Source: a virus
Taxonomy: Duplodnaviria; Heunggongvirae; Uroviricota; Caudoviricetes
Virus record (IMG/VR): IMGVR_UViG_3300025778_000009
DNA: 64,000 nucleotides
Reading direction: 5' to 3' (one strand)
Part shown: in pieces, positions 35,427-45,215 of the stretch
How the letters are laid out: each line of letters starts with the position of its first letter
Numbering within the stretch: position 1 is the stretch's first letter
Translations under genes and position numbers: made by a program
Notes under the pieces: generated by a model
The model's database searches: none
What the model was told of the DNA's origin: nothing
Seen by the model: the letters and a program-made list of their open reading frames with translations, nothing else

Positions 35427-35927
35427 ATGCATAGACAACAAATGAATATCAATCAAGTAGCTGAGTTTATCAATGCTCAGTCTGCTGATACCAAGATTTA
35501 CATTGGTGGTGATTCAGAACGATTTCTAATAGACAATGTCTGGCATGCTGACTATACTCTTGCTGTTGTTGTTCACTATGGTGGCAATCGTGGTTGTAAG
35601 ATCTTTGGTGAAGTTGTTCGTGAAAGAGACTTTGATCAACAAAAAGACAAACCACGTATGCGACTTATGAATGAAGTAATGAAAATTGCTGATTTGTATT
35701 TGAAGTTAGCAGAAGTGTTGGAGGATCGTCATGTTGAAGTACATCTTGACATTAATCCAGATGAGCATCACGGTAGTTCTTGCGTTATCAATGAAGCAAC
35801 AGGATATATTCGTGGAATGTGTAATGTCGTGCCTTTGGTTAAGCCAAACGCTTTTGCTGCATCTTACTGCGCTGACCGATTGAAGGAAATTTTATATAAT
35901 CAAGAAAATACAAAAAAAGCTAGTTAA
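35427..35927 (+). CDS. RNase H-like YkuK family protein
   Basis: IYIGGDS, RLMNEV, EVHLDIN, KPNAFAASYCAD. Confidence 0.75.
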   Translation: MHRQQMNINQVAEFINAQSADTKIYIGGDSERFLIDNVWHADYTLAVVVHYGGNRGCKIFGEVVRERDFDQQKDKPRMRLMNEVMKIADLYLKLAEVLEDRHVEVHLDINPDEHHGSSCVINEATGYIRGMCNVVPLVKPNAFAASYCADRLKEILYNQENTKKAS

Positions 35928-35934
35928 AATGCGG

Positions 35935-35975
35935 CCTCCTATGCTGCTGATATATAAATAGTAAAGCATAGGAGG
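35935..35975 (+). promoter_or_regulatory. SD-sequestering hairpin with late promoter in the loop
   Basis: CCTCCTATGCT/AGCATAGGAGG; TATAAATA 35953-60. Confidence 0.8.
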
Positions 35976-35980
35976 TTAAT

Positions 35981-36619
35981 ATGAATTATTTAACTGTATA
36001 TAATAGCATTATAGAAAAATCTAAGTGTAGAGTAAACGATATGTATGTAGAAAAACATCATATTATTCCTAAATGCATTGGAGGAAATAACAACTCAGAT
36101 AATTTAGTTTCTTTAACTTATAGGGAACATTTTATATGTCATTGGCTATTATGTAAAATATATCCAGATAACTATAAACTAAAAGCTGCATTTGCAAAAA
36201 TGTTAGAGTCAAATAAAAACAACAAACGTATAACTTCTTCTTATATGTTTGATGCAGTTAAAAGAAATTTAAAAGATACTCAATACCCGTGGTTAAGAAA
36301 TTTAGAACCATGGAACAAAGGTAAAAAAGGTTTGCAAGTTCCTTGGAATAAAGGTATTAAAACAGGACCTGCTACGGAAGAAAGAAAAAAGAAATCTTCA
36401 GAAACTCTTAAAAAGAAATATAAAACATTAGAACATCATAGAAAAAATAAATCACCATGGAACAAAGGTAAAAAAGGTTTGCAAGTTCCTTGGAATAAAG
36501 GTATAGAAACTGTTAAAGAAGAATGTCCACATTGTAATAAAATGGTTGATAGGTTAAATATGAAAAAATGGCATGGTGATAAATGTAAACTATCACCTCT
36601 TAATAGGAGTATATTATGA
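35981..36619 (+). CDS. HNH homing endonuclease (MobE-like) with PWNKG repeats
   Basis: EKHHIIPKCIGG..NLVSLTYREHFICH; CPHC. Confidence 0.85.
   Translation: MNYLTVYNSIIEKSKCRVNDMYVEKHHIIPKCIGGNNNSDNLVSLTYREHFICHWLLCKIYPDNYKLKAAFAKMLESNKNNKRITSSYMFDAVKRNLKDTQYPWLRNLEPWNKGKKGLQVPWNKGIKTGPATEERKKKSSETLKKKYKTLEHHRKNKSPWNKGKKGLQVPWNKGIETVKEECPHCNKMVDRLNMKKWHGDKCKLSPLNRSIL
36307..36504 (+). repeat. Perfect 51-nt direct repeat (36307-36357, 36454-36504)
   Basis: Encodes PWNKGKKGLQVPWNKG twice. Confidence 0.9.
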
Positions 36620-36831
36620 CATTGATGTTACCAGAAGATGTAGAACATTTCCAGACTAAACTTGATCGTGTTATTCAAAAAGATACGATTGATTCTTGGA
36701 CTTATGTTAAAGTTCTTCAACATGAAATTGAATATCTTAAAAGTCAATTTCAGGATCATGATACAGGACATTTGAGAACAGCAGTCAGTGTTCTTGAGAA
36801 TCGTGTGAGAGATTTACGTATACAAATGTAA
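36616..36831 (+). CDS. Hypothetical protein
   Basis: HDTGHLRTAVSVL motif; SD AGGAG. Confidence 0.6.
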   Translation: MTLMLPEDVEHFQTKLDRVIQKDTIDSWTYVKVLQHEIEYLKSQFQDHDTGHLRTAVSVLENRVRDLRIQM

Positions 36832-36839
36832 TAACAATT

Positions 36840-36913
36840 GCGGAGTTGGTATATGGGTTGTGCCCCAGGTTTCCAACCTGTAGAAACGAGTTCGAATCTC
36901 GTACTCCGCTCCA
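36840..36913 (+). tRNA. tRNA-Gly(TCC)
   Basis: Cloverleaf, U73, CCA. Confidence 0.85.
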
Positions 36914-36984
36914 ATACAAGTGGTTGTGTTTTTGCTGAGAAGAAACACACGTAAGAGAAACTCAGAATCTGCCACTTACTTTAT

Positions 36985-37059
36985 GGGCTGTTAGTGATAA
37001 TGGTAGCACGACGCGTTTGCACCGCGTAGGCTGGAGTTCGATTCTCCAACGGTCCACCA
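36985..37059 (+). tRNA. tRNA-Ala(TGC)
   Basis: Cloverleaf with G3-U70, CCA. Confidence 0.9.
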
Positions 37060-37072
37060 CTAAGGTTTAATT

Positions 37073-37537
37073 ATGCAAATAGTAAAAGTAACAGGTTTTA
37101 AAAAACATTACGCATTTACCTATCTTATGAAGATAGAACATGCATGCTTTAACGGTGATTATATTACAAAAAAAGATTTTAAAACCAATTACGAAAGAAC
37201 TTTTTTTCTTTTAGACATTGATCAAAATATTATTGGTTACTATATGTGGTATCCTGAAAATGGTTATGCCTATCTTTACAGCCTTGCTATAGATAAATAT
37301 TATCAAGGTAATGGTTATTCAAAGCTAATGCTAGATCATTTTCTAGCCAATAGTGGGCATAATATACATTGCTTGCACGTAAAAGATATTAACGATAAAG
37401 CTAGACAACTTTATAAAAATTATGGGTTTATAGAATCTACAGTAGTAAATAATTTTTATGAAGATGGTGCTCCTGCAATAACAATGTACAAAAAGATAAA
37501 TGAAACACAAAATAGTCCACTTGTTTGGAAACATTGA
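37073..37537 (+). CDS. GNAT acetyltransferase (RimI-like)
   Basis: YSLAIDKYYQGNGYS, LHV...N.KARQLYKNYGF..FYEDG. Confidence 0.85.
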   Translation: MQIVKVTGFKKHYAFTYLMKIEHACFNGDYITKKDFKTNYERTFFLLDIDQNIIGYYMWYPENGYAYLYSLAIDKYYQGNGYSKLMLDHFLANSGHNIHCLHVKDINDKARQLYKNYGFIESTVVNNFYEDGAPAITMYKKINETQNSPLVWKH

Positions 37538-38186
37538 TGACTATGATCTACAAACATATCGATTAGATCTTGATCCAGAAGACACCAAAGAGAGTGAGAT
37601 TCTAGATAATGGTTGGTATGTTTTTAATGGTCGATGGATTGCTAATCGTCTTGTAAGGCTTGATCTTTCCAAATATACAAAAGAACCTAAACAGATTAAA
37701 GGCTATGAATTTGTCTTTAAAGAACGTTTAGATGATCATTCAGAAGTTGATAGGGTATTTCAAACCTTTATCAAGCTAAGAGGCCTCAGTCCAATTTACA
37801 GTGTAACTTGTGATCCTGAGAGAACTTCTTGGCTTTTAGTTTATAAAAATAACATTCTAGTTGCATTCACAAAGTTTACAAACTATGAAGGCGCATTAGA
37901 AAGTCAATTCACTGCCTGGGATTATTCAGAACCAAAAATATCTCTTGGTGTAAAGATAGTTGATTATGAAGTTATGCATGCCAGAAAAAAAGGTTATCCA
38001 TTTCTTTATATTGGGCCAGGTTATGGGGCAATAGCAGCTTATAAATCTAGATTTCAAGGCTTTGAATGGTGGACTGGCTCAGAATGGTCTAAGGATATCG
38101 ATAAATATGTTGAAGCTTGTAACAGAGATTCTACTATTAAGACTCTCGATGATTTAAATAGATTGTTTAACGACCCAAATGCATAA
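37500..38186 (+). CDS. ATE/Bpt-like aminoacyl-tRNA-protein transferase
   Basis: LDNGW, SLG...YE...A.KKGY.FLYIG...YKSRF. Confidence 0.65.
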   Translation: MKHKIVHLFGNIDDYDLQTYRLDLDPEDTKESEILDNGWYVFNGRWIANRLVRLDLSKYTKEPKQIKGYEFVFKERLDDHSEVDRVFQTFIKLRGLSPIYSVTCDPERTSWLLVYKNNILVAFTKFTNYEGALESQFTAWDYSEPKISLGVKIVDYEVMHARKKGYPFLYIGPGYGAIAAYKSRFQGFEWWTGSEWSKDIDKYVEACNRDSTIKTLDDLNRLFNDPNA

Positions 38187-38697
38187 AAGACATACTCAGT
38201 TAATTAAAGACTTGACTTTTAAAGCTCACAAAATGCTTAACGACCCTAAGGTGAAAGCCAGAGTCGATCAAGAAGTTACAATTAATAGAAAGTATGACGT
38301 TCCTTTTATTGCTGGTTATTCTAAAGATGGTAAAACAATCTATATTGACAGACACTTCAATCCAATGTTTGGAAAGATAGATGTTACACCTTATTTGTTA
38401 ATTCATGAAAAGACTGAAAAGGCTTTGTTGGATTATTATCATTTAGATTATCAACAAGCACACCATCTTGCAACTCACAATGAACATATGCATGTCAAAG
38501 CTGATGGTATAGATTGGCGTAAGTATACGGATCATTATGATCCTTATGAAAAGAATCTAGAGCACGAACATTTGACAAAAGTTCCTCCAGATTTAGATCT
38601 TGAACCTTATAGAGACGAGCATGATCCTAACTTCAAGAAGTTACAAGACTTGCAAAAAAAAGAAATAAAGTTTAATATAGTAAATAAGCGCGTGTAG
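38179..38697 (+). CDS. His-rich hypothetical protein; stop inside tRNA-Leu
   Basis: ORF track. Confidence 0.6.
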   Translation: MHKRHTQLIKDLTFKAHKMLNDPKVKARVDQEVTINRKYDVPFIAGYSKDGKTIYIDRHFNPMFGKIDVTPYLLIHEKTEKALLDYYHLDYQQAHHLATHNEHMHVKADGIDWRKYTDHYDPYEKNLEHEHLTKVPPDLDLEPYRDEHDPNFKKLQDLQKKEIKFNIVNKRV

Positions 38698-38764
38698 TCC
38701 AATTGGTAGAGGCGCCAGTCTTAGAAACTGGATGTTGAAGGTTCGAGTCCCTCCACGCGCACCA
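38688..38764 (+). tRNA. tRNA-Leu(TAG), short variable loop
   Basis: Cloverleaf, A73, CCA. Confidence 0.85.
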
Positions 38765-38769
38765 TTTCT

Positions 38770-38827
38770 GCCCTAGTAGTCCAATTGGTAGAGGCGCCGG
38801 CTTCAAACTCCGGATGATGGGGGTTCG
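38770..38827 (+). pseudogene. tRNA-Leu(CAA) truncated in the T loop
   Basis: Intact up to GGGGG-TTCG; no 3' T strand or acceptor. Confidence 0.75.
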
Positions 38828-39052
38828 TTTCATGATCATCTCCTAGTTGAAAGATCATAATAAATTCAATCATTCAATCAGTAATATAAACATGAAATAA
38901 TGTATAAGACGATTTGAGTACTCGCGTGCCAATTCGTTGAACTCAAGCCCGAAAGGTGGAAAAAGACTTGATCTACTATCCTCGTCATGCCACCTTAACA
39001 TTATACTTTTTATTTATAAATAGTATTAAATATTTCATTTAGGTAATAATAT

Positions 39053-40324
39053 ATGTCAAGACCATACACAATTGTACCACTTTCTGGTCAAATAACTATG
39101 ACCGATCTAGACAATGCATTTCATTTAGGTACAGATCTTGAAGCATATAGAGGTGTTCTCTATTTTAAACCTTCTGTTGATGACAATCCAAGGTATTTCC
39201 CTGCTAGCAATTTAGATATGGATATGTTCCATGGTACATGGGCAGTTACTCCACCTTCAGTAATAAATTTAAATGGTGGTGAAGCAGGCACTTTTTATAT
39301 TCCTATTTTTAGAAATTTTATTATTATTCAGGTATGGGGTGCTGGTGGTGTATCTAGCGACTTAGCTGGTGCAGGCGGCGGCGCTTTTAGACAATTTAAT
39401 TATTGTTTAGATAGTAGAGCAAATTATATTAATGTTAATTATGGAGACACATTTACATATAGAGTAGGAGTAAGTGTTAATGATCCTACAGGAGATTTAA
39501 AAAATTCTGTATGGAATGGTATTAAAGTATATGGCGGGGGATCAGCTTATTCTGTATATGGTGCAGGAGGGGCCGGCTGGAATTCTGCAGGCGGTATAGA
39601 TAGTAGCAGAGGTTGGTTTCAATCACCTGGTGATCCACAAATAGAACAATATGGAAGCTTATCAAATAGTCCGTATAATGTACCTTCAGGTAGAGGTAGT
39701 GGTTACTATGATGGTAATTTAAGCCCGTTTGGAGGTGGGGGCGGCCAGTCTGGTCTAGATAAATGGAATGCTGGTCCTTCCGGAGGGTATGCAATATTCG
39801 GTGGCGGCGGTGGCGGACAAGCATGGGGCGGAAATAGTAAATACGGTGGTGCTGGTCGTGGTATGTTAAGAAACGGCTCATCACAATATGGCGGTCAAAT
39901 AGGTCAAGTACCTGGTGGTGCAGACGCTAATGGTCTTATTAAAATTTTTATAGATATTACTCCACCTTTAGACGCCACCAGCGATATGGTATTATACGGT
40001 GCACCTCCCGGAAATGATGCTCCCACAAGCGGAGGACCATGGGCCAATGTGCCTAGTAATCCGGGTGCAATATCGTGGCCTCCACCTCCGCCACCACCCC
40101 CTCCTCCTCCTCCACCACCCCCTCCTGTTGGGGGTCCTGGAAGTAGTGGCGGAACGGATATTTTTAGTTTTTCTTTGGGTATTCCAAGTCTTGGACCTCC
40201 TCCACCACCACCACCACCTGGAGTACCGCCTCCGCCTGCTCCACCCCCTCCTCCTCCGCCACCCCCTCCTCCTCCTGCTCCACCACCACCTGATTATGGA
40301 AGCGGTGAAGGCGGCCACGGCTAA
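39053..40324 (+). CDS. Gly-rich late (virion?) protein with poly-Pro tail
   Basis: QVWGAGG and GGGG motifs; long Pro runs; TATAAATA 39015. Confidence 0.7.
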   Translation: MSRPYTIVPLSGQITMTDLDNAFHLGTDLEAYRGVLYFKPSVDDNPRYFPASNLDMDMFHGTWAVTPPSVINLNGGEAGTFYIPIFRNFIIIQVWGAGGVSSDLAGAGGGAFRQFNYCLDSRANYINVNYGDTFTYRVGVSVNDPTGDLKNSVWNGIKVYGGGSAYSVYGAGGAGWNSAGGIDSSRGWFQSPGDPQIEQYGSLSNSPYNVPSGRGSGYYDGNLSPFGGGGGQSGLDKWNAGPSGGYAIFGGGGGGQAWGGNSKYGGAGRGMLRNGSSQYGGQIGQVPGGADANGLIKIFIDITPPLDATSDMVLYGAPPGNDAPTSGGPWANVPSNPGAISWPPPPPPPPPPPPPPPPVGGPGSSGGTDIFSFSLGIPSLGPPPPPPPPGVPPPPAPPPPPPPPPPPPAPPPPDYGSGEGGHG

Positions 40325-40326
40325 TA

Positions 40327-40356
40327 AAAAACCGGGTATAAAAAATACCCGGTTTT
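40327..40356. terminator. Bidirectional terminator
   Basis: AAAACCGGGTAT-aaaaa-ATACCCGGTTTT. Confidence 0.75.
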
Positions 40357-40381
40357 AAATTTAATAATTTTTATTTTTATT

Positions 40382-41128
40382 TTACTTGTTAATATCTATA
40401 TTTTTTATTTTTTCTGCATACAGCTCTACACTATGATCATACAACCCATCAAACCACTGACCTTTAGACCATGATCTTTTATGAGCGCGCCATTTATCTT
40501 TAAAGCGCTGCCATTTAGAAAGATCACGAATATTACCATAAAAGTTAATATAATGTAAATTGCCATGGTGTCTAAATCCTAGAGCTGATGGCGGAACTGT
40601 TGTTACCATGTCATTGCAATTTACAAATCTATGGTGATCTGTTTTAATGCCAGCAACATAATCATGGCTCCCTACTCTGGGACTACCATAAGTGTATAAC
40701 CCAGCTACTTCATAACCTGCAAATTCTAATTCTTGTGTGATATAAGTAGCCATTGCAGCACCCAGTGAATGGCCTGTTATCCATATTGTTCTTTTAGGAT
40801 ATTTTTTAACATAATCTAGCACTAAATCTAAAATTTTTCTTGCTTCTTTTCTAAATCCAGCATGAACAAAACCGTTACCGTGTCTTTTCGGAATAGTGTC
40901 AAGATCAGCTAATAAGTCGTTTACTTGAGTCGGTTGTGTCCCTCTACATGTAATAATAAGATCGTCTCTATTACATGCAGCATGTCCTTGTGCACCTTCA
41001 TTATCAAAAAATACATAATTTTTTAAGTTGATTTCTTTAAAATTGTCGCTACAATCATCTTTATAGGCAGCTCCTGCTAATGTAGCAAAGAGATAGGCTC
41101 TTTCTAAAAATTTTAGATCTTGTATCAT
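40382..41128 (-). CDS. Lipase class 3
   Basis: CRGT, VHAGF, ITGHSLGAA, YTYGSPRVG. Confidence 0.9.
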   Translation of the reverse strand: MIQDLKFLERAYLFATLAGAAYKDDCSDNFKEINLKNYVFFDNEGAQGHAACNRDDLIITCRGTQPTQVNDLLADLDTIPKRHGNGFVHAGFRKEARKILDLVLDYVKKYPKRTIWITGHSLGAAMATYITQELEFAGYEVAGLYTYGSPRVGSHDYVAGIKTDHHRFVNCNDMVTTVPPSALGFRHHGNLHYINFYGNIRDLSKWQRFKDKWRAHKRSWSKGQWFDGLYDHSVELYAEKIKNIDINK

Positions 41129-41188
41129 TGCAGGTTCCCTTTATATAATATATAATAATAATATTAACCTTATTTATAGGAGTGTACT

Positions 41189-41416
41189 ATGAAAATGTTA
41201 CAAGACCAGTTAAACCAATTTATTGGACATGAATTCTCTTCAGTTAGCGATCAAATTAATAAACTTGCAGAAGAATATCACTTGCAAGTTTTACCATGGC
41301 CTGCTAATATAGGTATGGTAAGTGAAGATGCAGGCACACTTATAGTTCACATTAATAATGATATAGAAGATATTATTGTTAATTTTAAAATAATTGATGT
41401 GGATGCAAATAATTAA
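41189..41416 (+). CDS. Hypothetical protein
   Basis: SD AGGAG. Confidence 0.5.
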   Translation: MKMLQDQLNQFIGHEFSSVSDQINKLAEEYHLQVLPWPANIGMVSEDAGTLIVHINNDIEDIIVNFKIIDVDANN

Positions 41417-41441
41417 TAATTTAAACAACTTATAAATTAAC

Positions 41442-41531
41442 GGAGAGTTGGCTGAGTGGCCGAAAGCACTCGTTTGCTAAATGAGCGAACCAGAAATGGT
41501 TCCGTGGGTTCGAATCCCACACTCTCCGCCA
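41442..41531 (+). tRNA. tRNA-Ser(GCT)
   Basis: Class II cloverleaf, CCA. Confidence 0.95.
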
Positions 41532-41545
41532 TAATAAATAGAAGT

Positions 41546-42289
41546 ATGCAATACAAATCTATCTTTATTTCTGACATTCACTTAGGTACTAAGATGAGTC
41601 AAGCCGATAAGGTTATTGACTTTTTGAAAAACACTGAGTCAGAGAATTTATTTCTTGTAGGTGATATTATTGATGGATGGGCTTTGCATAAGAACTTCTA
41701 CTGGCCACAAGAACACAATGATGTTGTTCAAAAAATTCTCCGTAAAGCACGTAAAGGTACTAACGTAGTTTATCTACCTGGTAACCACGATGAGTTCTTA
41801 AGATCTTTTGGATTACATTCATTTGGTAATATCGCACTCAAAATGTCAGATCTTTATACTGGTATTGATGGTAAGAAGTATTATATCTGTCATGGCGATC
41901 AATTTGATATTGTAATTAAAAATGCAAAATGGTTAGCCCATATTGGTAGTTGGGCTTATGACATGGTAATGTATCTAAACATTGCATTTAATTTTTGCAG
42001 AAGAATGTTGGGTCTTAAACCTTGGTCACTAAGTGCATGGGCCAAGTATAAAGTTAAACAAGCTGTAAGTTTTATTTCTCTTTACGAAGAGAATCTTTCT
42101 AACTATGGTAAAAGTATTAAAGCAGATGGTATGATTTGTGGTCACATCCATCATGCTAATATCAGAGATATTGATAGTCTTCAATATATGAATTGCGGTG
42201 ATTGGGTAGAGAGTTGTACTGCCCTTGTTGAACACTTAGATGGTAAGTGGGAAATTATACGATGGAACGAACAAGACTCTGCATCGTAA
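41546..42289 (+). CDS. plcP: PlcP/LpxH2-like metallophosphoesterase (phospholipase C)
   Basis: SDIHLG, GDIIDGW, WPQEHNDVVQKILRKARKG, GNHDE, HGDQFD, GHIH, GDWVESCTA. Confidence 0.8.
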   Translation: MQYKSIFISDIHLGTKMSQADKVIDFLKNTESENLFLVGDIIDGWALHKNFYWPQEHNDVVQKILRKARKGTNVVYLPGNHDEFLRSFGLHSFGNIALKMSDLYTGIDGKKYYICHGDQFDIVIKNAKWLAHIGSWAYDMVMYLNIAFNFCRRMLGLKPWSLSAWAKYKVKQAVSFISLYEENLSNYGKSIKADGMICGHIHHANIRDIDSLQYMNCGDWVESCTALVEHLDGKWEIIRWNEQDSAS

Positions 42290-43290
42290 CAGATGCCTGG
42301 CTACCACAAGTAAATGGTGTAGTCACTACCCTAACTAATTTAGTAGAACAAGCAGAAAAAGATAACTGGGAAGTGTTGGTAATTCATCCTGGTTTGTTTA
42401 AAAATATATCTGCGCCTGGATATCCTGAAGTTAAACTATCCTGGCCTCGAGGATTAAAAAAAATGATAAGGGGTTTTTCTCCTCATCATTTACATATTGC
42501 TACAGAAGGTCCTTTAGGTTTAGCAGCACGAATTTCTTTCCGTAAAATTACTTTTACTACTGCATATCACACTAACTGGCCTCAATTTCTTAAAAATATT
42601 CTTAAAATATCACCGTCTATTACATGGAAATTTATAAAATGGTTTCATTCTAATTGCAAGGTAATGGTGCCTACTAAAGGTATTAAAGAAGAACTTGAGA
42701 AACATAATATTGGTAAGTCTGTAGTTTTGTTTAGTAGAGGTGTTAATCTTACTAATCTAAAACCTACAATTAAACATATACCTTCAGATAGAAAAATTAA
42801 GTTACTTTGTGTTAGTAGAATTAGTAAAGAAAAAAACTTAGATGCATATTGTAGTTTAAATCCAAAGTTATATGAATTAGTATTAGTAGGTGATGGTCCA
42901 TATAAAGAAGAACTTATAAAGAAATATCCTTGGGTATATTTTACTGGTACATTAAAAGGTACTGATCTTGCTAATGAATATGTTAATGCTGAATGTTTTG
43001 TTTTTCCTTCTTTAACAGATACATTTGGTTTAGTAATGATAGAAGCTCAATGTTTAGGAACACCAGTTGCTGCTTTTCCTGTGAATGGCCCTATGGATGT
43101 TATTTTACCTGAAACAGGTTTTATGCATGAAGATATAAAAATAGCAATAGATAAGGCTATGTTCCTTAACAGAACAAAATGCATGAATATTGCACGTGAT
43201 AAATATAATTGGACTTCCGCTTGGAGACAATTCAAAGGTCATTTAATTGACCATGAAGATGATAATGATCCTATATTTTTTTTAACATGA
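42262..43290 (+). CDS. GT4 glycosyltransferase (Agt-like)
   Basis: TDAWLPQVNGVVTTL, HIATEGPLG, VFPSLTDTFGLVMIEA. Confidence 0.85.
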   Translation: MERTRLCIVTDAWLPQVNGVVTTLTNLVEQAEKDNWEVLVIHPGLFKNISAPGYPEVKLSWPRGLKKMIRGFSPHHLHIATEGPLGLAARISFRKITFTTAYHTNWPQFLKNILKISPSITWKFIKWFHSNCKVMVPTKGIKEELEKHNIGKSVVLFSRGVNLTNLKPTIKHIPSDRKIKLLCVSRISKEKNLDAYCSLNPKLYELVLVGDGPYKEELIKKYPWVYFTGTLKGTDLANEYVNAECFVFPSLTDTFGLVMIEAQCLGTPVAAFPVNGPMDVILPETGFMHEDIKIAIDKAMFLNRTKCMNIARDKYNWTSAWRQFKGHLIDHEDDNDPIFFLT

Positions 43291-43298
43291 GGTATACA

Positions 43299-44099
43299 AT
43301 GAAAAAGTTTCTACTTTCCCTTTTATTTTTAATTCCTACATTAGCTTTTGCTGCAGACCAGCAACCTCCAAAAGACATTAAGACATGTGCAGTGCAGATG
43401 CCTTACGGTCAGCCTTCTACAAAGGCAAATGATCCGGTTATCTGCCGTACTGCATATGTTTTAGAGCACGACTCATTAGCAAAAATTCCAGTTTGGGTAG
43501 TCTGGACCTTGACTCCAGAACACGCAATCGGGTGTGTTGCTCGTACTAATGCTTTTGCTGCTGATCAATCACTTCCTGCTACTGCTCGTTCAACTCCTGC
43601 TGATTATGCAGCATCTGGTTATGATCAAGGACATTTAGCAAACGATGCTGATATGTCATGGGATGATCAAGTTGAGCATGAGTCATTCTACATGTCTAAT
43701 ATGTCACCACAGCTCCCTAACGTTAACCGTGGTACTTGGAAGAGCCTTGAATCAGCTGCTCGTGCATGGGTATATCAGACTAAGCATGCTCATACAATAT
43801 ATGCCGGTAATATCTTTGCTACTTCTACAAAGACAATCGGGCCAGATAAAGTATTTGTACCAACTGATCTTTATAAGATTGTAATTGACGACGTAACTAA
43901 AAAGTCTTATGCTTTTATTATTCCTAATAAAGAAGGTATTGATGCAGACTTTACTAAGTTCCAAGTTACAGTCGCTGACGTAGAAAAAGTTTCTGGTGTT
44001 ACTTTCCCTGTACCAGATGCAAAGAATGTAAAGAACCCTTTAATAGTTGCAGATCTTAAGACAATTGCTGCAGATAAAAAGAAGCAATGTAAAGAATGA
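43299..44099 (+). CDS. Secreted DNA/RNA non-specific endonuclease
   Basis: Signal peptide; GYDQGHLA, SNMSPQ..NRGTW..LE. Confidence 0.9.
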   Translation: MKKFLLSLLFLIPTLAFAADQQPPKDIKTCAVQMPYGQPSTKANDPVICRTAYVLEHDSLAKIPVWVVWTLTPEHAIGCVARTNAFAADQSLPATARSTPADYAASGYDQGHLANDADMSWDDQVEHESFYMSNMSPQLPNVNRGTWKSLESAARAWVYQTKHAHTIYAGNIFATSTKTIGPDKVFVPTDLYKIVIDDVTKKSYAFIIPNKEGIDADFTKFQVTVADVEKVSGVTFPVPDAKNVKNPLIVADLKTIAADKKKQCKE

Positions 44100-44147
44100 T
44101 AGAAAAAATAGGTTGCTTTAATTAGCAACCTATACTATTATTTTAAT

Positions 44148-44435
44148 ATGAGCAACATTGATAATTATGTAAGACGTTTATGGCTCGCTTATCGAGCATA
44201 TCACGACGTATCGTGTCGTAACGGTTCAGACGGTGACGAGTACGCTACCGCCTGTACTAACGGTTACTTAGAATACCTTCATAATCTTACTAAAGCAGAA
44301 GATTCTGTATATGACTGGGGTGACTGGTCAGATGCTATAGAGAATCATGTTCGTATTTTAGTAGGGTTTATTGAATGTTACGATAGGCCAGTTAAAAGAG
44401 ATAAAATAGTTAGTAAGACCAGATGGTCTGTATGA
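44148..44435 (+). CDS. Hypothetical early protein
   Basis: ORF after a GTTGCTTT promoter-like element. Confidence 0.5.
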   Translation: MSNIDNYVRRLWLAYRAYHDVSCRNGSDGDEYATACTNGYLEYLHNLTKAEDSVYDWGDWSDAIENHVRILVGFIECYDRPVKRDKIVSKTRWSV

Positions 44436-44450
44436 TTAGGAGATTATAAA

Positions 44451-45215
44451 ATGGGTATTGCGGTTGCTGAACTAGAATTTCTAATTCGTATTAAAGACCA
44501 CATTCGAGGTGATGCATTACAACTAGGCCGTCAAGGTATGCATATTGTTTTTAGGCAAGACATTTTTAATGCTGCTTATGAAACATTTAAGCGATATTTT
44601 CCGGATGGTAATATAGAAGACATTCTTGCTACTCGCCCACATGCAGATGCTTTGTTTACGTATCTAGGTGCCTCTACAGTAGAGAGTTTAGACTACTCTC
44701 CTTTTGAAGAAGCAACTATCATTCATGACTTAAATAACCCAGTTCCTCCAGAACTACAAAATCGTTTTGATTTTATCTATGATGGTGGTACAATCGAGCA
44801 TGTTTATGATATTAAAACTACAATGGAAAACATTAAGAAGATGCTTCGTGTAGGCGGTATTTTTGCTGGTCTTTCTGTTGCTGATGGTTGTTTAGGACAC
44901 GGGTTCTATCAATTTAGTCCAGAACTTTATAGAACAGTATTCTCAGAAGAGAACGGCTATAAAATTCTTTCTTATGAATTGGTTGATATCACAGATTTTG
45001 GTGCTAAATTTGTACCTCTAGAAACACCCCCAAGAGGTCAGAGACAAGAATTTAGACTACAATCTGCTGTATCAGTAAATAATGGATTCGTAATTCAAAA
45101 AGTGCGCGATATTGATGTTACCCCAGAATATCAACAAAGCGATTATGTTGCTAACTGGGATCATTACAATAGTCGTGTAAATCAAAATCCAAACGTATTT
45201 GTTTATCGTACTTAA
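44451..45215 (+). CDS. SAM methyltransferase
   Basis: DLN...FDFIYDGGTIEHVYD...HGFYQFSPE. Confidence 0.8.
   Translation: MGIAVAELEFLIRIKDHIRGDALQLGRQGMHIVFRQDIFNAAYETFKRYFPDGNIEDILATRPHADALFTYLGASTVESLDYSPFEEATIIHDLNNPVPPELQNRFDFIYDGGTIEHVYDIKTTMENIKKMLRVGGIFAGLSVADGCLGHGFYQFSPELYRTVFSEENGYKILSYELVDITDFGAKFVPLETPPRGQRQEFRLQSAVSVNNGFVIQKVRDIDVTPEYQQSDYVANWDHYNSRVNQNPNVFVYRT

Noticed and set aside
35931-36913. HNH gene as a fourth tRNA-replacing cassette
   Set aside because: Only GCGG resembles a tRNA start, which is too short to call a fragment, and another ORF separates it from tRNA-Gly.
36918-36977. Hammerhead ribozyme
   Set aside because: CTGAGAA does not match CUGANGA and the flanking stems do not fit.
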